Shown: piece after piece, positions 12,464-24,287 of the stretch
Layout of the letters: each line of letters begins with the position of its first letter
Position numbering within the stretch: the first letter of the stretch is position 1
NCBI GenBank assembly: GCA_965112155.1
Contig: OZ218108.1
Reading direction: 5' to 3' (one strand)
Length of the DNA stretch: 64,000 nt
From: Podarcis liolepis
Taxonomy: Eukaryota
Position numbers and translations under genes: made by a program
Notes under the pieces: generated by a model
The model's database searches: none
Told to the model about the DNA's origin: nothing
Seen by the model: the letters and a program-made list of their open reading frames with translations, nothing else

Positions 12464-12724
12464 CCGTATTTTTTGCTCTATAAGACTCACTTTTTCCCTC
12501 CTAAAAAGTAAGGGGAAATGTGTGTGCGTCTTATGGAGCGAATGCAGGCTGCGCAGCTATCCCAGAAGCCAGAACAGCAAGAGGGATTGATGCTTTCACT
12601 GCGCAGCGATCCCTCTTGCTGTTCTGGCTTCTGAGATTCAGAATATTTTTTTTTTCTTGTTTTCCTCCTCCAAAAACTAGGTGCGTCTTGTGGTCTGGTA
12701 CGTCTTATAGAGCGAAAAATACGG
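12464..12724. mobile_element. Tc2/pogo-like MITE
   Basis: TA TSD. TIR CCGTATTTTTTGCTCTATAAGAC vs GTCTTATAGAGCGAAAAATACGG. Internal 25-bp perfect inverted repeat. Confidence 0.88.
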
Positions 12725-13293
12725 TAATTGTTCTGAAACATTTACCTATCCTAGTGAACTGACACTTGTTACTTTTTACCAAAGGTGGTAGACTTGAGAC
12801 CTGTTCAAATGCAAGCCCGTGCATCCAGAGCAAATAATCCTGTAATGAAGTATGACAGTGGTCTGTTTCAACATTAGGCAACATTCTATGTTTTCTTAAT
12901 GATACTGTGGATGGTTCTGACATGCTGAATGAGGTCTGCTATTAAAACAAAAGATGCTTCTGCCTTGTACTGCCTTTATGGGTGGCCGCATTGAGGAGCT
13001 GCAAGTAGCACATTATTCTAGCTAATCCTTGATTTCAAATCATCTGTTGTATAGAAAACTGGCCTACTCTTGCACTATGAGCAGGTTAATGAAAGCTAAG
13101 TAGCTATAATAATGCTCCCATTTGCAAAAAGAGCCTCTTTAATTGTAACAAAATTCCAACACAGAAAATACTCCTATATAGGATTTACTGTACCTATTTA
13201 AACATATATCTAACATGTGATCTTACAGTTAATTTACTGTAAATGGCTATCGGGTGTTGGAAGCTGGCATAGCCCACTCTTTTATAGGATTAC

Positions 13294-13731
13294 CATATTT
13301 ATGATTTGCACTCATGTACCACTTAAATTTCTGCATGGAAGTTATCCCATGATGTAAGAATCCTGTAATCTGCTTAGCAGACCCAAAACTTTGAGTCTTT
13401 GTCAGTAAACTATATAATAAGGTATAGCGATGCTAGTAGATTATGCAAATGGAAGCTTTAGGGCAGGAAACACAACTCCAGTAAGGAACCACCACGACGA
13501 GTCAATGTTTCCAGTGCTGCAAGGAAGAACTGGTATTAGTGACAATGAGGGGAAAGTGCATGGGTCAGCAGAAAAAACAGCTGTCTGATGACAGCTGCAA
13601 ACAGACAATATCATTGACCCTCTTGAAACATTGTCAAAAAGTGTTGTAAATAAAGATGTCATGCTCCCAGTTGGTTTGTCAAGTAGTTGGAAAGTATCCA
13701 GTGGATACTTAGTGATTGTTGCCCGTTGTCT
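13294..13731 (-). pseudogene. Decayed exon encoding a RhoGEF DH domain (ECT2L-like)
   Basis: Minus-strand frame offset by one from the listed 13441..13785 ORF: DNGQQSLSIHWILSNYLTNQLGA*...YQFFLAALETLTRRGGSLLELCFLP*SFHLHNLLASLYLII*FTDKDS...ADY/GFLHHGITSMQKFKWYM. Fits DH motifs (N....L..H..L...L...L..W; FL...SL.EL...P; HT..DY..L...I). Pyrimidine-rich acceptor near 13732 and G|GTAAT donor at 13293. Several stops and a frameshift. Confidence 0.6.
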
Positions 13732-16219
13732 CTTTGTTTCATAGAAAATAAAGGTGGAAAGAGTGTTGCATTCTAGTTTCCACATTTTTTAAATTGAGCC
13801 ATAAAGAAAATTATAATATATGCAGCACTACAATTTATTTAATAGCTACCACAATATATTTAATAGATATGTTGAATATTTAGTTATAGCAGGTAACGTC
13901 TCTTTAGTTTTGAGCTACACATTATATACTTTATATTGTAGTATATGATCTAGATGAACTCAACCTATTTTCCCATTCCATTTCCATGCTGTAAACATGG
14001 AAAACAAAAGCATAATTGCCTTTTCGACCAGTGATGACTCTGGTGGTTCAGTTTAAGCCTCCTCCAAACTAATGGGAACTTCTAAAACACTCATTGTTAA
14101 GAAAAGTAATGCTGTCAGTTTCTGACAGAAAACTTTTCATTCTTGGGAAACTAATTTCTCTTTAAAGCAGGGTTGTTACTCATAGATATAGCTATAGATA
14201 TAGATACACCAAAAAGGGAAAAAACAAAACAAAAATACAAATAAAAACAGTGATAAAGACAATATTAATTACAAATTAATTTTGCGATAAGAACTGTTGC
14301 TCTCTAGTTGTAATAAGTCTCATTTAAAAAATAATTTCATGGGTGGCCTATGAAAAACCTTGATTTGTTATGAACTGTTACAGTTTCCACAGCTGCCTTT
14401 TAAAATAGTTTTAAAAACTAGCAAACATTTCTAAATTGCTGATCCCTGGTGTTGTGTATTATTATTTTTTGCTCATTGGCCTCCAAAAATGTTTGGTACA
14501 TATGACAACAAAACAGCGTAAAAGTTTAGATAAGATAAGTGACATTCTAACATTACCACTATGAGGAAACTCTTCTTGGTCTTATATGAAAATCCACATC
14601 ATGCACAAAATAGAAATATCCACACATCCTGCTGAGATATAAGTGCCCCTTTGTATCACCATGGTTGAGTGTTTCAGCACATTTTGCCTTGTTCCCACAG
14701 GACAGCACAAATATCTATGAAGCTTCTGTAATCAATGACAATTATCTTGAAGCTAACATATTGACACTGTTGCAGTCTGTTTGCTCTGCTCTTGATAATG
14801 CATAGTTTCTTAAAGCTTTACTAAAAAAAACACTTGAATGATACATAAGCTGCTCATAAAAGCACACCTTATATATCTACTTTACATGCATGTTGTGTGG
14901 AGGAGTTCAAGCCTTTGTGACCTTTTTGAAAATAGTTTTTCTTAAGCTAACTGTTTGTATCACAGCTAACCTAGCAGTGTTAGTTATTAAAACAATATGA
15001 GGAACCTGATTTACCATATGTACTCTTTGAGTTAGGAAATGGCATGTGGATGCTAGTTCTGCTCATCTTGTGTGGATTATTTTCACATTTTTGCACCCCC
15101 TCCCCCAGAATCTTCTGGTGAAGGCTAGTTAAGAAAAGTTTTAAATAAATACAAATATATGAATTCCATTTTATCTGTAGCCCTGTTCAACATCCAGTAC
15201 CTAGAATGGTCCCTCATTAATTCCTAGTTAATGCCAGAGCTCTGTGCAAGTAGTTTCCAAAGTAATACTCTAATCTTGGGCTTTCTTATAGTGTTTTGAC
15301 AATGACAAGCTGTCCGAGGAGCTGGGATGGAAGAAATAGTTGTAGCCAAAAAACCTATTTATTTCTGGGATGAAGTATCCAGTAGAAACCTACTTGCCTG
15401 GACAGACATTTAATGTCTAGAGCACTAGATGACCAATGAACTTATGTGGGAGTTGGGGTAGTAGAAAGACTTTAAATAGAAAGTTAAGAGCCTTTTTTTT
15501 AAAAAAAAAAAAAGTTTTCCACCCTTATCTAAAAAGATAAAAAAATGTATGTCATAATAGTTAATGCTACAGTTATGTCTTCATTGAAGCATATTGTTAC
15601 CAACATTTGTATATAGGGATTTTCAGGGTGGGAGGAACAAACACAATGGATTGGATATGAAACAGGTGATCAACATTATCTGGGCAGGGTTTAGCGTGTT
15701 ATATAAATCTATCCAACAGTTCATAGTGGAGAAATCAATTGGGAATCCATCTCAAACTAAACTATATCCAGTTTGATGGTTCTGTGTGTGCAGGCTCATT
15801 ATGCAGAACATAATGAGATCTTGCAAACGCATCCAGCAGAAGTTTATGGCAGCTTTGATGACTTGCATATGCAATGTAGTATATAGCAGAGATTTGCACT
15901 GAGGTTAGGAGGCATTCAGTCCATATCATTACTTAATATTGTTGGCTCATTGGCCACACCAGTTTAATTTCTTGTTACAAGAGATCAGCTTTCCAGTAAT
16001 TTCAGATAAGACAGTTTAGCTAGCTGACCTTTTCATATTGTTGGTTGGGAGTTTTACAGTAAGGCTTGTACCCAGAGTAAAACACTCACTCCGATAATCA
16101 GGATATATGCAAATACAAGTGCATTTACCCTTTTCTGTATCTTGGTTCTTCAGAGTAAATGACATCCTTGCAGAAAAGATGCAGGATGCAGAAGCATGTA
16201 GGTGAGAAATAATGGTAAC

Positions 16220-16690
16220 AACATAAGAAGAGCCCCCTGCTGGATTAGGCCAAAGGCCCATTTAGTCCAGAATCCTGCTGTCACATTGGCTAGCTATGGG
16301 AAACCCATAAGCAAACCATGAAGACAACACTCTCCTCATTTCTGCTCACCAACAGGCGATGTACACAGGTATAACACCTCCAATACTGGAGGCAATATAC
16401 AACCATCAGGGCTAGTAGCCATTGATAGTCTTATCTTCCATTAATTGGTCTAAAACTCTTCTAAAGCCATCCAAGTTAATGACCAGTACTACATTTTTTG
16501 GCAATGAATTCCATAGTTTAACAGTGCATTGTGTGAAGAAGTACTTCCTTTTGACAGTCCCGAATCCTCCAACATTCAACTTCATTGGATGGGGCTGTGC
16601 TCTGGTATTATGAGAGAGGGAGAAAAGCTTATTTCTAGGCACCTACTCCACACCATGCATACATAATCTTATTCCTCTATCATGTTTTTA
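16220..16690 (-). mobile_element. CR1 LINE 3' fragment
   Basis: ORF 16412-16642 KRKYFFTQCTVKLWNSLP...LDGFRRVLDQLMED is a CR1 ORF2 tail. The 3'UTR end ACATAAGAAGAGCC..GCTGGAT is present. Confidence 0.85.
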
Positions 16691-17711
16691 TTGTTGTCTA
16701 GAAGTATATTGTCCAGTACACTGTTCTAAGCATGCTCTTGAACAAGTGTGTACTCACTAGAATTCTTTGTTTAATAAAACTGAACCACAGACTCAATCAC
16801 AAGCTGATTCTAAAATTCTGAGTTTCATAGTGGGTTTTTTTTTTGGGGGGGGTGATACTGCTATTCAAGAAACAAACATCAAAATTCTTCCTTGGGCATA
16901 ACCAATGATCTAATAATATTCCTCTATAAACAAAATATTCCTCTTTAAATAACGACGGCAAACGCTTTTGGTTTGATGAGCTAGCTATTATGACTCTTCC
17001 TTCTGTCCAAATTTTTTGTGTCCCACCTTTTGTGGGGTGCGGGTGGGGGATCAGAGCCTGAACCTTATAAATGTTTACTCAAACAAGATGGTCCTTCGTG
17101 CTTTACTTGAACTCAGTTTTCAAACTTGCAACTTGAAATGACCTTTCTTTAAATGGAGTCAAAATTTCATGGTTCAGTAAATATAATGAATATGTTGGCC
17201 TTCATCTGTACTTGGTTTATAAGTTTTATGATTAAGTAAATGCTGGGCTTGGTGCTTAAATTCTTTGGACTGATTAGGAAGTCCCTTTAGGTTTCTTTGT
17301 TGGCTGCTTATTTTTGGACTCTGGATTGGAGTTATCTGTTCTGTTGTTATCTGCTTAAACTGTGATGACTTATTATTGGGCTATCAAAACAAAATTAATA
17401 CCTGAACTTGTTCATCATTTAACATTAATGATTTGTAGTTCATCATCATTCCATGATTCAGCATAGCATTTGTGAAATCTAAGGTTATCTTAAAATGTAT
17501 AAAATCACCCCTTGTTCACATTGGAAACTGCCCTATATTGTTTAATCTAGCACTGTATTTGTCTACTCCAACTGGAAGTGACTCTCCAAGGTTTAGATTA
17601 GGTCTTTCTCAGTCCTGGTTTTCAAGATCCTAAAGATGCCAGGAAATGATGCATGCACTACCACTGAACTATAGCTGTCTTCTGCTCTTATATATTCAGA
17701 ACTGCTCTACT

Positions 17712-18205
17712 ACTATTACTACTAATTTTATTATTTATACCCCGCCCATCTGGCTGGGTTTCCCAAGCCGCTCTGGGCAGCTTACAACCCATAAAAATTG
17801 TAAAACATTAGACATTAAAAATTTCCCAATACAAGGTTGCCTTCAGATGTCTTCTAAAAGTCAGATAGTTGTTTATTTCCTTGACATTCCACAGGGCAAG
17901 TGCCACTACCAAGAAGGCCCCCTGCCTGATTCCCTGTAACCTCAAGTTCCCACAGTGAGGGAACCACCAGAAGGCCCTTGGAGCTGGACCTCAGGCTGAA
18001 TGATGGGAGTGGAGACACTCCTTCAGGTATATTGGGCCGAGGCCATTTAAGGCTTTAAAGGTCAGCACCAATGCTTTGAATTGTGCTCAGAAATGTGCTG
18101 GGAGCCAATGTAGGTCTTTCAGGACCGGTGTTTTATGGTTCTGGCGGCTGCTCCCAGTCACCAGTCTAGCTGCTGCATTCTGGATTTGTTATAGTTTCCG
18201 GGTCA
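17712..18205 (-). mobile_element. L2 LINE 3' fragment
   Basis: TTTATACCCCGCCCATCTGGCTGGG...CTCTGGGCAGCTTACAAC tail and the GCTTTAAAGGTCAGCACC...TTGAATTG (ORF2 end) signature. The same tail occurs on + at 50195-50280. Confidence 0.8.
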
Positions 18206-19829
18206 TTACTCAATTGATGTCTCTTTAAGACCTCCCAGTGATGACCATTACAATACTAGAACTCAGTTTGAATTTTGTAGCCTGAAGGAATAGATTGTGG
18301 TGATTTTTAAATATTTTCTAGGACCGGGAGTAGCCCTGCAACTCTCACAGCCAATGGTAACGGAAAAGGGGAGTTGAGGTCCAACTTCTGGGAAGTCACA
18401 GGCTGCCTATCCTTCCTTTAGGACCAGGAACTCCTGTATATTAGTTTCATTGTGATTTCATTGTGACTACATTATGACTTCCAATTCCCTGATGATCTCC
18501 CAGTGGCTTCATATAGAAGATGTTGAATAGCCTTGAATAATGTGTTAGCATGATTTACATCCAATTTGACTCTTTCTAATTCAGCATTAAAAAATGAATC
18601 CGTTGTGACCACTGCAAAAGATAAAGTATGATTCTACTCTTAATACAGTGGTACTTTATTTTTATTTTTAAAATAAAAATTTAAAAACATTTTAAATGCT
18701 TAGATTTTTAAAAATGCTTAGCAAACACTTAATTGAAAAACAGTTTTTCCACCATATAATATAGTTAATTTTATTTTACCTTATTCCTATTGTGTTTAAA
18801 CTAGCAAAAAGCTAGAGGAATAGTATCACTTTCCAGATACTGTTGTTAATTTTTTGGCTCTTGCTCTTTCTTTCTTATCCCACAGGATAATCCACAACTC
18901 TACAAAAACATGAGTCAAATGCATTATAAATTTCCCTAAGAGAATCAACATCTTTTCCAGCTGTTTGGATGGTCTGTCTAAAACCTAACCAGATATCTCC
19001 TCTCCCAGTTTTGTTTGGGGCTCTTATACTTTGATTTGCTTAGTGTTGATGGTCTGGGCCAATAGTTTGTCTTTTAGTTTTCTTTGCAATTCTCAACTCT
19101 TATCATAGAATGTAAAATGATCTATTTGTGAAAAGATTGCACTGTGTTCAACTATTTGCATCCATTAACATAAAACCCAGTGTCAACAAAAACCTTTTAA
19201 ACTTATCCCAAGCCAGTTTTGAATATTATTTATGGAATAAGACATCTCTGAAAGATTATTGCAAATAGATTTAAACTTGTTTTGATCAGATTCAGATAGC
19301 TGCACCAAACACTGTAACAGATCCGTATAAAAATCTCTGAGCATTTCTATTTTAAATCCAATCTTGGCCAACAACAATTTTATAATTTATGAAGAAGAAT
19401 GTATTTGCAATCATTCCAATTAATACTTTCTTCTATTTTCTCTGGCATGTGCATGTGTACCTAGTTGTAACAGCTTTAAGCATTGGCAAGCAATGCAGTA
19501 TGCTGCCTGAAGGCTGGAACCAGGCCTCTAAAGCTTTCAATCTGAATCGGCAAAAATAAGCTTGTCTCCCTAGCTGTGCTCCCCAGAAGCATTTTATATG
19601 GCCTTTATTAAATCTTGACTGGAGAAATAGGCCTCTGACATAATGTCTATTTGTAGAAGGTCATCCCTTAAGTGTGTCATGTTTAAGTTCTGTTCGTTAG
19701 GGAAATACGTTATTCATTTAATTATAACTCAGAACTGTGCTTGGAGGAGACATACATCTCTGTTCCGCTTCCACTGAAATCCCATCACTGTCATTTTATA
19801 TGGATCATATTGGCCATAGATAATTTCAT

Positions 19830-20790
19830 CAGCCAGAGGTCTGATGGGAAAGGGCAGTTTTTGCCTGGTGCCTAAAGCTTTGTAGTGATGGCACTAGGTG
19901 AGCCTCCCTGGGGAGAGCATTCCACAAGTGGGAAGCCACCACTGCAAAGACCCATTCTTGTTTTGCCACTCTCCAGGCCTCCTGTTGAGGGGGCACACAA
20001 TGAAGGGCCTCAGGTGATGATTGCAGGGTCCAAGTCAGTTCACATAGGGAGAGGAAGTCCTTGAGGTATTGGGATCCTGATCTGCATAAGACTTTATAGG
20101 TCAAAACTAGCAGTTTTAATTAGGCCCGGAAACTAATTGGTAGTCAGTGCAGTCAGGTGAGGATTTCTGTTATTGTGTTATAAACAGTGTGGTGTAGTGG
20201 TTAAGAGCGGTGGACTCGTAATCTGGTGAACCAGGTTTGATTCCCCACTCCTCCACATGCAGCTGCTGGGTGACCTTGGGCTAATCGCACTTCTCTGAAG
20301 TCTCTCAGCCTCACTCACCTCACAGAGTGTTTGTTGTGGGGGAGGAAGGGAAAGGAGATTGTTAGCCGCTTTGAGACTCCTTAGGGTAGTGATAAAGTGG
20401 GATATCAAATCCAAACTCCTCCTCTTCCTCCTCCTCCTCCTCCTCTTCTTCTTCTTCTTCTATGCTCAGACTATCTGGCCACTGAAATCTGCACCAGCTG
20501 CAGTTTGTGAACTGTCTTCAAAGGAAGTGCCATATGTAATGCATTATAGTTATCTAACCTAGAGGTTACCAGAGCATAGACAACAGAAGTTAAGCTATCC
20601 CTGTGCAGATAGGGGCATAGCTGAGCCACCAGCCAAAGCAGAAGCAAGGCACTCCATGCAACCAAGGCCACTTGAGCCTCAAACAACAGTGATTGATCCT
20701 GAAATACCCCCAGGCTATATACCTACTCCTTCAGAAGAAGTGTAACCACCTCAAAAACAGGCAACCTCCCATCCATCAGGTCTAGGGAAC
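19830..20790 (-). mobile_element. L2 LINE fragment interrupted by a SINE
   Basis: ORFs 20471-20686 (ALVTSRLDNYNALHMALPLKTVHKLQLVQ) and 19829-20104 (TYKVL..GSQYLKD...AVVASHLWNALPRE) are typical of the L2 ORF2 C-terminus. Confidence 0.82.
20182..20460 (+). mobile_element. tRNA-derived SINE (Squam3-like) with (CCT/CTT)n tail
   Basis: A box TGGTGTAGTGG, B-box-like GGTTTGATTCCC, GGGTGACCTTGGGC core, microsatellite tail. Nested in L2. Confidence 0.8.
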
Positions 20791-22489
20791 CACCCACTAA
20801 CAATGAATGGCTGTTTCATATGTTCTGTATCTGTTTCAGCTAAGCAGGGTTGCTTCAGCTCATCCTTTGCCACTGTGATGTTACTGTTTGCAACTCTTTT
20901 CTACTTTGTCCTTTATTTCCTTTTTTAAAAATGAAAACACATTCCTTTTTTCCTATGTTCCCATCTGAATTGCTGGCCCAGAGACAGATTTTGTGTATAA
21001 AATCTGAACGGAAATCTTTCGGTTGTATTCAGAACTCAAAAGCCTAATACTTGGGAGTTTCAGTGCTGTTTTGCGGTTTTATTATGGCCATGGTATTTAT
21101 CAAGTCACAATCTCCAGTTATTTTCCAAAGTAAGACACCTGAGCCTGCTATGGGACAGGGGGCATAAAAGGACTGTGCGTTTCAGGGCATAGATAGAAAT
21201 GGTTTGCAGCTGCCTTGCCCCTCCTGCACAGGGAATTTCCTCTTTAATGTAGGGTAAACGGTTTTCCCCCTGTCTTTCCGTACAGGTGTTCAAATCTTTG
21301 CCTGGAGATCTGGCTCCCTAGTTGAGTACATTATGTATTATTACTACTCCAGATTTGCCAGCATGAAAGACTTGTTTGAGATTGCTGAGATATTAACTCT
21401 TCTTTTGCTAACTTGGTGCTATGTTCGGGCTATATCTGCCCCATAAATGGAAAACAAATGTATTTCAAAGAAACTTGATTTCTTTTTCAACCTCCCTCTG
21501 CTATTTTTATAGGCATGTGTCTTTCCCCCCCTTGCCACATGAGAATGGCAGAGAACGTCTGGTATTGCATGGGGAAAAAACGCTTGTAAGTTCAGGATGC
21601 ATGTATGTTGATATTTTCATGTCTAATTGCCCTTACCAGAAAACTGCTTTAGGCAATGTTCCAGTCTCTATTATTTCATCATTTTGAACAGTGAGAACTA
21701 TAGTTACCTACTTTTCTGGAAATACATTCTCTCCACACCTTCCGCCTACAGATTGGAAAAGGCAGTGGAAGGGGGAAGACTTCCTTTCCTTAAGTTAAAC
21801 CCCTTCAAAGGGATTAGGATAGGGATATTTGTCCCATGACTTATATAATCATTATATTCACAGCTGAAACCATACTATTCCCCCCTCAGGAGCTGTCTTT
21901 ACTGAACACGGGCATGTCAGTGGTTGGTGGAATAAAGTTATCTTATATTCCATCAAGTAAGCTATTTCAGATAGCAGATGAAGCTTAGTAGTTCTACCAA
22001 AGGGCAAGTTCAAACTTCAGCCCTTGTGTTCATTCCTTCATTCATTGGTTTATTAATATGCCACTTTTTGACCCAAAAGAGCACACACACACACACTGGG
22101 AACAGATTAACTCAAAACAGCATATGCAACTAATCTCCTAAAGACGGGAGGGGACCCTTCCCCTCTCCCCTCCCTGTGGCAGAGGCACTTAGTAATCTCA
22201 CCACTTACTGTGCCCATCACTTCATGCAAGAGGGAGATATAGTTGTTGCTGCTGCAGCAGCACATGCACCTAGCACTTCTGATTGCTTTTCTAGCCTGTC
22301 TTTCCTGTTCTTTCCTTCTTTTTCTGCCAGACACACCATCACTCTTTGGAGCCCCAAACACCAGGAGCATGTTTAGCACTAGTTCTGTGTTTTTTTGAAG
22401 CACGAGTAGAGAAAATAGTGCTTAGGCACTGTGGAAATGGCATCCGTGTACATTGGAACACTATTTTGTGCAAATAATTTGATTGAACG

Positions 22490-22720
22490 TGAGCTACTAA
22501 TTCTCTAGTTCAAATCGTATATCTGGCATGAACTAATCAGTGGCCTTGGGGAACTCGCCATCTCTCCGCCTTAGGCTTTTCTCTCTCTCTCCCATCTGCA
22601 GGATGGAGATCATAAGACTGACATATCTTACAAGTTGTTTGTAAGGATTACTGAGATAATGCATGTGAAGTGCATTGGACACTCAGAAAGCACTCTGTAA
22701 ATGCTAAATATTTTACTATG
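22490..22720 (+). mobile_element. Ancient MIR/CORE-like SINE remnant (similar copy at ~23840-24085)
   Basis: CATCTGCAGGATGGAGATCATAA...GTTGTTTGTAAGGATTACTGAGATAATGCATGTGAAGTGC...AAATGCTAA. Confidence 0.55.
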
Positions 22721-24287
22721 TTGTGCTGTTACCACCATCTTAAAGTGCTATGCATATTTTGAATCCCTGATCAATTAGTTCTGAATAGAGCTGCTTCTTT
22801 TTTTGTAAAGTTTCTCTGTTTTGTGCTATATCTTAAAGGTTGTTGTCTCCCCTGCTTTTTATTAATATGTTTGTACTAGCTTTGATTAATTAGTTTGCAG
22901 TTAGTTCTGTCTATTACGTATATGTTGTAAACATACCTACTCATGAATCAGGTGAAGGCATATGATTTTTTAAATTTTTTAATGTGCTAAACAAATTTAA
23001 ACTGACTGGCAGCCATTTGGAGAGAGAAATCTAATAAAATGCAATAGTAAGAAAAGGAAGTTGATACTAGCTCTTTCACATGAAGGCTTTTAACAAAATA
23101 AATGCAAAATCCTTAAAGTATATTTTGAAAGTGACAGTGTACATTCTTGTACAGGAATGTGGAGGGGGGGTAGCTCTGCAGTTTGGCCCCTTGTAATGAA
23201 GTCAGGGCATTGCTAATACTTTGACAGTTGGGTTCTATTCTGGCTCATGACTTTTCAGAATGTTTTAATCATTTGTACTACCATTTTCTGTCATCATTGG
23301 AAGCACCATTTGAAGAATGAGGTTTCACAGCTGTGATGGGGAACATTTAATTTGTACATGTAAACTGAACCTGTTTACTATTCATGTGCTGTTCTAGCTA
23401 ATCTGGGAAGCTGAGTCGTAGTTTGGAATGAGGTAACATTTTATGTTGTATATCTTTAATGAACAACTGTTTGACAAGCTCAATTTTTCAAGTAATGTGC
23501 CGCACTATCCTAGCCATTGTCTCCCCAGAAGTAAGTCATATGAAATTAAATGAGACTTTCTTCAGGTACATATATATATACATACACATTCACTTGGGAA
23601 TAAGCTTCATTGAACAATGGGAATGCGGTGCACCTGAATTATATTAAAATAAGAGGTATAACTGATGTTAAGTTGCATAAATGCCAACAGCATAGCTGCA
23701 CAGTGGTTGTTTTGGGAATCATGTGACTGCATATTGCATCTGAAGTTTGTAATCTACATAGCCCTGGGACTCTAGCCGATAGTAATCAGTTATCCACCTT
23801 TAAGGGCAAATATGGGTGATACCAAACTGCATCTAATCTAGCATAGTGGCTAAGAGATTGGGCTAGAAAACAGGAAGTCCTTGGTTCAACTATTGAATTT
23901 ACCATGAACTCACTACAGTAGTTGCTTGTTACTAAGCAAGCAAAAAACACACTCTCTCGACCCCTCCTCCTGCAATATGGTCATAATAATACTGAACTAC
24001 CTTACAGGGTTGTTGAAAGAATTACAAAATATGTAAATGAAGTACTTTGAACACTCAAAGGCACTATATATATGCTAAATATTACAGTCTTACTGATTGT
24101 AGATACATAGGGATGTAGGGAATCTCTAAGGCAAGAATCGATCAAGCATTTTGTTTTCCAACTACTGCTTTTAGTTACTTCTTGGCTACATCCCTGATTT
24201 GTATTTGTTTTATTTGTCACATTTGTCTCTAGCCTCTTTCCAAAGTGGTGTAGGCCAGTGCAAGTCAGTACCTTAACTAATTTGAAT

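Noticed and set aside
13441-13785. 114-aa minus-strand ORF as a gene
   Set aside because: Unrecognisable. The domain similarity lies in the adjacent, stop-interrupted frame.
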